This document shows positions 48,974 through 57,787 of a stretch of DNA of 64,000 bases, in pieces. Both the position numbers and the translations under genes were made by a program. Numbering within the stretch: the first letter of the stretch is position 1; each line of letters starts with the position of its first letter. This DNA is from an uncultured beta proteobacterium (GTDB taxonomy: Bacteria; Pseudomonadota; Gammaproteobacteria; Burkholderiales; SG8-39): contig CAVVGT010000012.1 of the NCBI GenBank assembly GCA_963747775.1, forward strand, positions 30,975 to 94,974. Reading direction: 5' to 3'. The notes beneath the pieces were generated by a model. It saw nothing but the letters and a program-made list of their open reading frames with translations, did not search any database and was not told the origin of the DNA.

Positions 48974-50068
48974 TCAGGCCGGGATCGGATAAGCGCTGCG
49001 GGTGATCTTCTTTTCCGGCCGTCGGATCTGCCCGTAGGGCGCGCTGTCGCGCAGGCACGCGTAGCAGATGCGCGCGAGCTTGTTGGCGAGCGCGCAGGTG
49101 GCCTTGTTGTGGTTGCTTCGTGCCTGCACGGCGAGCGCCCAGCTACGCAGCCCGTCGACTGCGCGGCCGGCCTGGGTGGCGGCGGTGGCCGCGCGCAGCA
49201 CCGAGCGCGCCCCGTGGGTGAGGAGCATGCGCAGATAGCGGTCGCCGCGCTTGGAGATGCGTCCGATGCGCCGCGTGCTGCCCGAGGAGTATTCCTTGGG
49301 CGTCAGGCCGAACCAGGCGGCGAAGTGGCGCGCGTCGCGGAAGTGCGCACGCTGCCGCTGGTGGCCGCCACCATGGCCGTGGCGGTGAGCAGTCCCACGC
49401 CGGGAATCGACAGCAGCGTCGTGCACGCGCTCGACTGGCGTGCCGATTGCGTCAGCTCGCGCTCGAGCTGCCCGATCGCGCGCCTCGAGCAGCCGGATCT
49501 CCTCGACGAGCAGCTTCATCGTTTCCCGGATGAGATCGGGAATGGCCGAGTTCGGATCGGCGAGCACCCGGGCGATCTGCTCCAGCCCTAGGCGCGCGCC
49601 CTGCGCGATCGCGATGCCGAACTCGCGGCAGAAGCCGCGCAGCGCGTTGATGCGCGCGGTGCGCGTGGCCATCCACAGCGAGCGCGTGCGGTGCAGCGCC
49701 TGGAGGGCCTGCTGCTCGACCGACTTCACGCGCACCGGGACGATGTCGGCGCAGCGCGCCGCTTCCAGCAGCGCCTCGGCGTCGGCCGCATCGGTCTTGT
49801 TGCGCTTCACGTAGGCGCGCACGTACGGCGCCGGCAGCAGCCGGACCTCGATGCCCAGGCCACTGAGCCAGCGCGCCCAGTGGTGCGCGCTGCCGCAGGC
49901 CTCCATCACGACCAGGCCGACGGCACGGTTGGCGAACCAGCGCTCGAATTGGGTACGCGTCAGGCGTTGGCGCTCGACCACGCGCCAGTTGGCATCGGCA
50001 ATTGCGAGCTGGAAGACGGACTTGGCGAGATCGACGCCCACGATGGGCAGCGCGGCGGTAGCATTCAT
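48974..50068 (-). CDS. IS110-family DEDD recombinase (compensating frameshifts ~49350-49475)
   Basis: GVDLAKSVF, MEAC, KTDAADA, GLTPKEYSSG, ISKRGDRYLR, ALANK; the LLSIPGVG segment is in an alternate frame. Confidence 0.93.
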   Translation of the reverse strand: MNATAALPIVGVDLAKSVFQLAIADANWRVVERQRLTRTQFERWFANRAVGLVVMEACGSAHHWARWLSGLGIEVRLLPAPYVRAYVKRNKTDAADAEALLEAARCADIVPVRVKSVEQQALQALHRTRSLWMATRTARINALRGFCREFGIAIAQGARLGLEQIARVLADPNSAIPDLIRETMKLLVEEIRLLEARDRAARARADAIGTPVERVHDAAVDSRRGTAHRHGHGGGHQRQRAHFRDARHFAAWFGLTPKEYSSGSTRRIGRISKRGDRYLRMLLTHGARSVLRAATAATQAGRAVDGLRSWALAVQARSNHNKATCALANKLARICYACLRDSAPYGQIRRPEKKITRSAYPIPA

Positions 50069-50200
50069 CTCGGACTCTCCTCGGTTGAGCGCTGACACCC
50101 CACACCACATGAGGCCAGCTGGCACGATGATGCCGAGAAGCCGGGGGGAGTCCATCCCATCATTCGAGATGGTGTTCCCGTACCTTCGCCGTCCGTCGCG

Positions 50201-50296
50201 GTCTAACCCGCGCTCCGAGCCGCAGGCTGCAAGCGTACCGCTTGCAGTTCCCTCCTCGCTTCGCTCGTCGGCCGCGGCTCAAGCGCCGCGTTCGAC
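50201..50296 (+). repeat. Degenerate attC site
   Basis: GTCTAAC..GCGCTCCGAGCCGC..CTGCAAGCGTACCGCTTGCAG..GCGGCTCAAGCGC..GTTCGAC. Confidence 0.78.
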
Positions 50297-50317
50297 GGCC
50301 TGCGTGGAGCCAAAGCC

Positions 50318-50406
50318 ATGGCACGCAACTTCTACATAATCGACGTCTTCGCAGAGCGACCTTACGCCGGGAATCAACTCGCGGTTGTCGTCGGCGCAAA
50401 TGGCTT
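50318..50406 (+). pseudogene. PhzF-family epimerase N-terminal remnant
   Basis: MARNFYIIDVFAERPYAGNQLAVV; GGAG RBS; directly after an attC. Confidence 0.75.
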
Positions 50407-50437
50407 CGCTAGGCGGCATAGACACAGGACTAGCCAC

Positions 50438-50845
50438 ATGAAGATCACCATTGAAACCGTCGTCTGTGCACCTGTTGAAGAGGTCTGGCGCGCTTGGACG
50501 ACACCGGAAGACATCAAGCAATGGAACGCCGCGTCCGACGATTGGCACACGACCGAGGCGTCCGTGGATTTGCGGGTCGGCGGCGCCTTTTCATCTCGCA
50601 TGGAAGCCAAGGATGGCAGCATGGGCTTCGATTTCGCTGGGACATACACCACGGTCGTGGCGAATCAGTTGATCGAGTGCTCGTTCGGTGACCGCGTACT
50701 GCGAGTTGAGTTTGTGGATCGGAACGGCGTCGTGACCGTACGTGAAACCTTCGACGCAGAGTCCACGCATTCCGTCGAACAGCAGCGCGACGGATGGCAA
50801 GCGATTCTCAACAGGTTCGCACGGCACGTTGAGAGCAGGCGCTAG
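50438..50845 (+). CDS. SRPBCC/AHSA1 family protein
   Basis: AGGA RBS; VWRAWTTPEDIKQWNAASDDW, QQRDGWQAILNRF. Confidence 0.9.
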   Translation: MKITIETVVCAPVEEVWRAWTTPEDIKQWNAASDDWHTTEASVDLRVGGAFSSRMEAKDGSMGFDFAGTYTTVVANQLIECSFGDRVLRVEFVDRNGVVTVRETFDAESTHSVEQQRDGWQAILNRFARHVESRR

Positions 50846-50871
50846 ATTCCGCCGCTCGTGTCCCTAATGGC

Positions 50872-50950
50872 GCCTAATCCTTCGCTTAGCAGGACGCGCA
50901 GCGGCAATACGGCCTTCCGGCGCCAAATCCATGTCGTCGCCTCCAGGCCG
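50872..50950 (+). repeat. attC left-half remnant
   Basis: GCCTAATCCTTCGCTTAGCAGGACGCGCAGCGGC resembles GCCTAAC-N5-GCTCAAGCGGAC; right half missing. Confidence 0.5.
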
Positions 50951-51101
50951 CACGATTAACAACCAGAAAGCGATCGGCGACGCATTGACGCGGGCGTTTG
51001 CACGCGCTGGGCCCACCTTCCTCGTCATCGATCGCGAACCATAGTGTCCATCCCCAATCGTGTGACGCAGCGCGGGTCGGCCACGGGTTTCTGGCTATGA
51101 C

Positions 51102-51182
51102 GCCCGACCCGTCGATGCACCGGCCCGCGCAAGCGGGCCGGTGCATCGCTATCGGTGGGCCGGTGCATCGCTATCGTTGGGC
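51102..51182 (+). repeat. attC-like palindrome with duplicated right arm
   Basis: GCCCGAC..CGATGCACCGGCCCGC-GCAA-GCGGGCCGGTGCATCG; 22-bp tandem copy ending GTTGGGC. Confidence 0.65.
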
Positions 51183-51289
51183 CGGTTGTCCGGGACTTCG
51201 TTTGAGGCGCGAGCGTTGTCCCCCGACCATTCAAAGGCGTGACTCAAACCCGCGGCGGTGCGGTAGCCGCGAGAGTGTCACGACGCCCC

Positions 51290-51743
51290 TCAAGCGCTCT
51301 TTGGTCTCTTCCGAGAGCGAACGGGGCGAGCGGTAGCTCGCACCGACGTGTTCAGTGCCACGGCGGCGCGAATGAGCGCCTTCAACGCCTCTTCATCAAT
51401 CTTGTCGCCCTCGTGGAAATCGATGGCACGCCTGGTGTTGCCTTCGAGGCTGGCGTTGAAGAGGCCTGAAGGGTCCTCCAACGAGGCGCCCTTGGCGAAG
51501 GTCATCTTCACGACGTTCTTGTACGTCTCGCCGGTGCAGATCATTCCGGCGTGCGACCACACCGGAACCCCTCTCCACTTCCACTCCTCGACCACTTCGG
51601 GGATCGGCCTGCTTGATGAGAATTCGGACCCGAGCGAGCGTCTTGCCCCGCCAGTCACTCAACTCCTTAATTTTCGCATCTATAAGCTTAGAGGCAGAGT
51701 CTCCTCCTTTTCCTTCCTTCGAGTCGCCCTTCCTCTGCTTCAT
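51290..51743 (-). CDS. DUF1801 family protein (frameshift ~51600)
   Basis: [19 protein letters not shown] / [32 protein letters not shown]. Confidence 0.85.
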
Positions 51744-51759
51744 GGTTGTCGTCGCTCTG

Positions 51760-51900
51760 TTGTCGCTCGCCCGTCACTCGAGTATCGCTGGTCAGCACTT
51801 GGTACCATCGCATCTCGTTTCCATCGGGGTCTTCGATGTCGAACCAGCCTATCACGTTGGGTCTCGTCTCGATTTCGGGTACATCGACCCCGTTAGCCCT
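51760..51900 (-). pseudogene. VOC/glyoxalase C-terminal remnant
   Basis: RANGVDVPEI..WFDIEDPDGNEMRWYQ. Confidence 0.55.
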
Positions 51901-52025
51901 GCCCAATAGGTAATCTGCGCAAATGGGCCCAATGGCAACCGTGGAAGCTCTTTCCCAAGTCTTCGCATCGTTCGGCCTGGCGACGATCCAGCAGCTAAGA
52001 CGCGGGCAGTATCGACCGTTGGCTA

Positions 52026-53381
52026 TTGGCGGCACTCCTGATCGGTCTTTGCCAAGCAGGCCAGGCGCAGGAAGCGCCGCGCGCGAGTCCTTCCACTCCG
52101 TCCGGCGGCGCGGTCACGCTATTTCAGAACGTCCGGATTTTCGACGGCAAGAGCGGCACTCTTTCAGGGCCGAGAAACGTCCTGGTGCGCGGGAACCAGA
52201 TCGAGCGCATCTCCACCGGTCCGATCCCGACCGATCGAAGCGCCACCACCGTGCTCATCGACGGCGGCGGGCGCACGCTGATGCCCGGGCTGATCGACAT
52301 GCACTGGCACACGATGCTGGTGCGGCCGACGCCCGCAGCGCTGCTCACGGGGGACATCGGCTACCTCAATCTCGTGGCAGGCGCCGAGGCTACGGCCACG
52401 CTGATGCGCGGGTTCACCACCGTTCGCGACATGGGCGGGCCGGCGTTCGGGCTCAAGCGCGCCATCGACGAGGGCATCGTCGCCGGCCCGCGCATCTTCC
52501 CGTCCGGCGCCATCATCACCGTCACCAGCGGTCACGGCGACTTCCGCCAGCCGTTCGAAGTGCCGCGCATCCTCGGCGCTCCGCAGTCTCGCGGGGAGCA
52601 GACTCGGCGCCGCCATGATCGCGGACAGTCCGGACGAGGTCCGCGTGCGCGTGCGCGAGCAGCTCATGCTGGGTGCGTCGCAGATCAAGCTGACGGCGGG
52701 CGGCGGCGTGGCGTCGCCCCACAGCCCGCTCGACGCGTCCACCTTCACCGAGGCCGAGCTGCGCGCCGCCGTTGAAGCCGCCGAGAACTGGGGCACCTAC
52801 GTCACCGTGCACGCCTACACGCCCGCCTCGATCCAGCGCGCGATCGCCGCCGGCGTGAAGTGCATCGAACACGGCCACCTGATGGACGAAGCCGACCGCC
52901 AAGCTGATCGCCGAGAAGGGCATCTGGTTGAGCACTCAGGCGTTTCCCGACGAAATGGCCGACGCGTTTCCGCCCGGCTCGTTGGAGCGGGCCAAGGCGG
53001 TGGAGGTGTTCGCCGGTACGGACAGAACCTTCGCGCTGGCGAAGAAGTACAAGATCAAGACGGCGTTCGGCACCGACATCCTGTTCTCCCCGAGCGCTGG
53101 CGCAGCGTCAGGGGGAACTGCTGACCAAGCTGGTCCGCTGGTACACCCCCGCCGAAACGCTCGTCATGGCGACCGGGACCAACGCCCAACTGCTGGCGCT
53201 GTCCGGGAAGCGCAATCCGTACCCCGGCAAGCTCGGCGTGGTCGAGGAAGGCGCGCTCGCCGACCTCCTGCTCGTCGACGGCGATCCGATCGCCAACATC
53301 AAGCTGATCGAGGATCCGGAGAAGAACCTGCTCGTCATCATGAAGGACGGCAGGATCTACAAGAATGCACTGCGCAAATAG
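52026..53381 (+). CDS. Exported metal-dependent amidohydrolase (Xaa-Pro dipeptidase-like), frameshifted
   Basis: MPGLIDMHWH, GFTTVRDMGG, QIKL, VHAY, IEHG, FGTD and GALADLL spread across four ORF pieces. Confidence 0.88.
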
Positions 53382-53460
53382 GGCCCGATCAGTGTGCGCT
53401 TCCCTGTTGCCCTTTCGTCGCGAGAATGACGCACACCTTGTCACCCTCACGAGCAGCGAC

Positions 53461-53525
53461 GCCCAACCATGCGTTCGAGGGGACCGCTTGTCGGCGCCGG
53501 GGTGCGCTCTAACCGGCCATTCAGG
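53461..53525 (+). repeat. attC left-half remnant(s)
   Basis: GCCCAAC-CATGC-GTTCGAGGGGACC, then a second CTCTAAC at 53507. Confidence 0.6.
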
Positions 53526-53554
53526 GATCACGGAGCGCAACGTCGCCGAAGACC

Positions 53555-55117
53555 GTGGACTCTCTCGTTGGCAAAGTCATCGCCGTCTTTGTCATCGCCG
53601 TAGCGCTCTCAGCACTCGGCGCGTGGCTGTTGGCCTGGCGCTTTCGCACAGCGATGCGCGCGCTGATGATCCGACCCGTCGGCGCACGAGTTGCGGCCCT
53701 TGCGCCGGCGCCGCCGGCGCCATGGGTCGCGCCGGCGGCGGTGAGTGCTGCCGACAACCGCCGCGCCGGCTGGCGCCTCGCTGCGCTGCTGGTCACGCTG
53801 TCAGCCTTGATGTCGCTCACCAGCGCGGCACTATGGCTCGGGCTGACGTTCGGCCATCTGGCCACACCCGCCCAAACGCTGACGATGGCCTTCGTCTTCC
53901 TCTGGCCGGTGATCCCCGCGCTGGGCCTGATGTGGCGGTGGTCGTGGCAGCGCGTGGCCGGCGCGCTGTTGCTCTGGTCCCTGTTCGCCTTCCTGGTGGT
54001 GGCCTGGCGGATGATCGAAGCAAGACCGGCCGGCGACATCCTCCTGTTGGTGGCCTTGCAAATCGGCCCGACGATGCCTCTCGTCGCCTTGCTTTGCATG
54101 GGCAATGCGACACGCGCGATCGCACCCTGGCTCTTGCCGCCGCTGCTCGTGCTGGTCTGGGCATCGATCACGGGCCTCGACCTGCTCAGCCTGATGGTCA
54201 AGCAGCCGCCGGAATGGCTGCACGCGCTGACCGCATGGGTCGATACCTCTGGGTCCATGCTGCTGTCCAACACTGCGCTCCTGCTGATCTTTGGGCTGTT
54301 CATCGCCTTGCCTTGGGTGCTGATCTGGCGGCCGCTGAAGTGGCTGGCGAGTAAGCTTGCCGCAGCGTACTCCGCGCAATGGATCTCCGAGCTGATGGTG
54401 GTGTTCACCGCGGTGTGGGGCATCGCGTTGCTGGACAAGGCCATCGAGCGTGGCGCAGCGATGCTGCTGCCGCTGCTCTGGATCCCGCTTGCAATCGGCC
54501 TGGTCAAGAAGCAAGATCGCCCGCTCGGCCGTCCGCCGACGCTGCTCGTGCTGCGCGTATTCCAGCGTGACCGCGCGATGCGCGCGCTGTTTGACACGGT
54601 CATCGAGCGCTGGCGGCTTTCCGGCAACACTTTGCTGATTGCCGGCACCGACCTGCTCGAACGCACCCTCGGCGGCGATGACATCTTCACCTTCCTCGAC
54701 GGCCGGCTGGCGGAGCGTTTCATTCTCAGCGTCGACCAGCTCCCCGCACGCCTGGCCGCCTTCAGGCTCGAGCCCGATACTGAGGGCCGGTACCGCGTCA
54801 ACGAGTGCTATTGCCACGACAACACGTGGCGCGATAGCCTGGTTGCGTTACTGGCGCGCAGCGACGTGGCGCTAATGGACCTGCGCAGCTTCCAGCGCCG
54901 CAACGAAGGCTGCGCCTTCGAGCTTCACGAGCTCGCGCGCGCGCCGCACCTGGCGCGGGTGGTCGTGCTGACCGATGCACAGACCGATCATGCTGCCGCA
55001 CAGGCCGCTGCCGCCCCGGCGCCAGCGGGCCGCTTCGTCTGGCTCGATGCCACGCACGTGGACCGCGCCAAGCGGCGCGAGGTGCTGAACGCGCTGTTCG
55101 TCGCTGCACCAACCTGA
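53555..55117 (+). CDS. Multi-pass membrane protein with C-terminal TIR/NDT-like alpha/beta domain
   Basis: About 9-10 hydrophobic segments, then LLVLRVF..TWRDSLVALLARSDVALMDL..GCAFEL. Confidence 0.75.
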   Translation: MDSLVGKVIAVFVIAVALSALGAWLLAWRFRTAMRALMIRPVGARVAALAPAPPAPWVAPAAVSAADNRRAGWRLAALLVTLSALMSLTSAALWLGLTFGHLATPAQTLTMAFVFLWPVIPALGLMWRWSWQRVAGALLLWSLFAFLVVAWRMIEARPAGDILLLVALQIGPTMPLVALLCMGNATRAIAPWLLPPLLVLVWASITGLDLLSLMVKQPPEWLHALTAWVDTSGSMLLSNTALLLIFGLFIALPWVLIWRPLKWLASKLAAAYSAQWISELMVVFTAVWGIALLDKAIERGAAMLLPLLWIPLAIGLVKKQDRPLGRPPTLLVLRVFQRDRAMRALFDTVIERWRLSGNTLLIAGTDLLERTLGGDDIFTFLDGRLAERFILSVDQLPARLAAFRLEPDTEGRYRVNECYCHDNTWRDSLVALLARSDVALMDLRSFQRRNEGCAFELHELARAPHLARVVVLTDAQTDHAAAQAAAAPAPAGRFVWLDATHVDRAKRREVLNALFVAAPT

Positions 55118-55188
55118 GCAGAGGAATGAGGTTCGGTCCCTTCGGTGTCGGCGCGGTCGCCACCCTCAGCATCTGGAGGGCCTAAGAA

Positions 55189-55962
55189 ATGACCTTCGAG
55201 CACTTGGTGGTGCACCGATCGGAGGGCATCGGCTGGCTCGAGTATCGGCGCGTGCCGCGCAACGCCTTCAATTGGGAGATGCTGCGCGAGATGCCCGTCG
55301 CGCTGGACGAGCTTCTGACCGCCGCCGACGTGCGCGTGATCGTGATTGCGAGCGCGCTTGACGGGTACTTCTCGACCGGCGCGGACCTGACGACGTTCCA
55401 GGGCATGACCCAGGCGGACATTCGATCCTGGGTCGGGATCTGCCATGCCCTGGTGCGCCAAATGCGTGCGGCGCGAAAGCCGCTCCTGGCCGCCATTCAC
55501 GGGGTCGCGGTGGGAGGTGGGCTCGAGATCGTGCTTCACTGCGACGTCCGGTTTGCCGCCCACGACGCCAAGCTCGGGCAACCCGAGGTGAACATCGGTT
55601 TCATCCCGCCCGTTGGTGGCACACAGGCCCTCGCGCGGCTGCTGGGCCGACCGCGCGCGCTTCGCCTCCTTTACGAGGGCGGCCTGATCTCTGCGCCGGA
55701 AGCACTGGACATCGGCCTCGTCGATCTCGTCGTTCGAGGCGAGGATCTGCGGGCCAGAGTGACCGAGTACGCGTCGGCGCTTGCGCAGAAGCCCGCAGCC
55801 ACTCTCGCGGCCATTCGTCGCTGCGTCACGGAGGGCGTCGAGGGTTCCTTCGAGGAAGGTCTGGCGATCGAGTTCGACGCTGCGATCGAGCTCGCCGGCA
55901 ATCCCGACTTCGCCGAAGGCGTGAACGCCTTTCTCGCCAAGCGGGCACCGAGATGGAAATAG
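55189..55962 (+). CDS. Enoyl-CoA hydratase/isomerase
   Basis: FSTGADL, GGGLE, QPEVNIG, EGVNAF. Confidence 0.92.
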   Translation: MTFEHLVVHRSEGIGWLEYRRVPRNAFNWEMLREMPVALDELLTAADVRVIVIASALDGYFSTGADLTTFQGMTQADIRSWVGICHALVRQMRAARKPLLAAIHGVAVGGGLEIVLHCDVRFAAHDAKLGQPEVNIGFIPPVGGTQALARLLGRPRALRLLYEGGLISAPEALDIGLVDLVVRGEDLRARVTEYASALAQKPAATLAAIRRCVTEGVEGSFEEGLAIEFDAAIELAGNPDFAEGVNAFLAKRAPRWK

Positions 55963-55972
55963 CGTTCGATCG

Positions 55973-56068
55973 CTCGGCGATCCGTTCGGCCACGGCTTCT
56001 GGCTGCTCGAATGGAAAGGCGCCGGGTACGATGAGGTCGAGTCGGCGCGGGGTCCGGACGGCCGGTGA
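55973..56068 (+). pseudogene. VOC family C-terminal remnant
   Basis: LGDPFGHGFWLLEWKGAGYDEV...* with no start. Confidence 0.65.
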
Positions 56069-56110
56069 CCCGCGAACTCGGCAGCCGCTAACGCTCCTGC
56101 TTCACCGCCC

Positions 56111-56569
56111 ATGCGCATCGGCTTGATCTCCGACACGCACGGCCTCATGCGCCCCGAGGCGCTGGACGCGCTGCGCGGCTCGAGCCACATCCTGCACGCT
56201 GGCGACATCGGCGCCCCCGCCGTTCTGGACGCGCTCCGGACGATCGCGCCGCTGACGGTCGTGCGCGGCAACAACGACGGCGGCGCATGGGCGCGCGCGA
56301 TCCGGGACACCGAGACCGTCGAGCTCGGCGGCGTCGCGATCCACGTGATCCACGAGCTCGCGCTGCTCGCGGCCGAGCCTGCCGTCGGCGGATGGCGCGT
56401 CGTGGTTTCCGGCCACTCGCACCGGCCGGCGATCGAGACGCGCGGCGGCGTGCTCTACGTTAATCCCGGCAGCGCGGGGCCGCGGCGCTTCACGCTGCCG
56501 GTGTCCGTCGGGTTCCTGGACATCGACGGCGGCAACGCCGCCGCCCGGATCGGGCGGCTGCCGGTCTGA
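56111..56569 (+). CDS. YfcE-like metallophosphoesterase
   Basis: SDTH, HAGD, GNND, GHSH, NPGS. Confidence 0.92.
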   Translation: MRIGLISDTHGLMRPEALDALRGSSHILHAGDIGAPAVLDALRTIAPLTVVRGNNDGGAWARAIRDTETVELGGVAIHVIHELALLAAEPAVGGWRVVVSGHSHRPAIETRGGVLYVNPGSAGPRRFTLPVSVGFLDIDGGNAAARIGRLPV

Positions 56570-56647
56570 CCTAGGGCCGCCTGAAGGCGCGCCACATGTG
56601 GAAGGAGACGGGCGCGCTCGTGGCGAGCATGTTGCCGTTCCGTCGGG

Positions 56648-57562
56648 TCAGGCGCGCACCTGCGCCACGAGATAGCCGCGCTCCCGCGTCACCGCACGCG
56701 CGCGCTCGAGGTCCTCGACCAGCCACGCCGCCATCGCCCCGGGCGTCATGCCGAGGAACTCGCGGTTGAGGTGGCGCAGGATGCCAACGGCCTCGCAGTA
56801 GCGCGGCAGTTCGGCGATCGCCATGCGGCCTTTCTGCAGCAGCGCAAACACGATCATGACTTTGGCAGTGTGGCGCGCGAGGCGCGTCAGGTCGCGCTCG
56901 AAGCCCTCCAGCCGGCTGTACGCGCGCTCGAGCGCCGGCACGACGCGGTCGAACACCGGACCGTGGCCCGGAATCACGGTGCGCGGGTCGAGCCGCGCGA
57001 TCGCATCGAGCGTGGCGCGCGTCTGCACGAGCGCGTGCGAGTCGCCGAACAGCGCCGAAAAGATCACGCCGAAGCCGTCCTCCCACAGCGCATCGCCCGC
57101 GATCAGCACGCGCTCCGCCGGGGCGTAGAACATGAGCGCGTGCGGATCGTGGCCGGGCGCCGCGACCGCCTGCCAGTCGAGATCCCCCATGCGGAAGGTC
57201 GCGCCCGGCACGAGCGTGTCGTCGTAGCGGAACCGGTCGGCGCGCTGGTCGGCGAAGCCGAGGATCAGCCCCTCTTCGTCCCAGGCGTCGACGAGCGGCG
57301 CTTCGCCCGCGGGGATGGTCGTGCGGCAGCCGAACTTCTCCTGCACCGCACGATTGCCGCCCATGTGATCGGAGTGGCAGTGCGTGTTGACGAGCCACGT
57401 CAGCGGCCGTCCCGCAAGCGCGTGGTCCAGCAGCGCGAGCGTCTGCGACGCGTGATCGCCGTAGCCCGAGTCCACCAGCGTCACCCCGTCGCCGTCGGCG
57501 AGCAGGGTGTTGTTGCACGACAACCAGCCGCGTTCGAGAACCTGGATGTGCTTGGGAAGCAA
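56648..57562 (-). CDS. MBL-fold metallo-hydrolase
   Basis: THCHSDHMGG, PGH, GD, PGHG. Confidence 0.9.
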   Translation of the reverse strand: MLPKHIQVLERGWLSCNNTLLADGDGVTLVDSGYGDHASQTLALLDHALAGRPLTWLVNTHCHSDHMGGNRAVQEKFGCRTTIPAGEAPLVDAWDEEGLILGFADQRADRFRYDDTLVPGATFRMGDLDWQAVAAPGHDPHALMFYAPAERVLIAGDALWEDGFGVIFSALFGDSHALVQTRATLDAIARLDPRTVIPGHGPVFDRVVPALERAYSRLEGFERDLTRLARHTAKVMIVFALLQKGRMAIAELPRYCEAVGILRHLNREFLGMTPGAMAAWLVEDLERARAVTRERGYLVAQVRA

Positions 57563-57568
57563 AGGCGG

Positions 57569-57787
57569 CTAGCGGGCTGCGTGCTTTCGCGCTTCGAGCT
57601 TGGCGCGCACCGCGAGCTTCTCCTCGCGCGTGTAGCCCGACCAGCAGGCGATCTCGTCGAGCGTGCGGAAGCAGCCCTCGCACAGACGCGTCGCCTCGTT
57701 CATCCGGCAGACGTTGATGCACGGCGACGGCACGTCGTCGCCGGGCGCCTGCGCGGCGACCGCGGAAATGGAGACGACGTTCGTCAC
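57569..57787 (-). CDS. DUF1289 family protein
   Basis: [25 protein letters not shown]; GTG coupled to the upstream stop. Confidence 0.88.
   Translation of the reverse strand: MTNVVSISAVAAQAPGDDVPSPCINVCRMNEATRLCEGCFRTLDEIACWSGYTREEKLAVRAKLEARKHAAR

Larger units (their letters stand above)
48686..50162 (-). mobile_element. IS110 family, IS1111 group element inserted in an attC site
   Basis: Perfect 13-bp subterminal IRs ATGGACTCCCCCC (48688-48700) / GGGGGGAGTCCAT (50143-50155), ~3 and 7 nt from the ends; no TSD. Excision restores CCCTAACCCGCGTTCGAG. Confidence 0.9.

Noticed and set aside
51891-51900. CGTTAGCCC as an attC R' site
   Set aside because: No matching left half, and it is explained by the RANG codons of the minus-strand VOC remnant.
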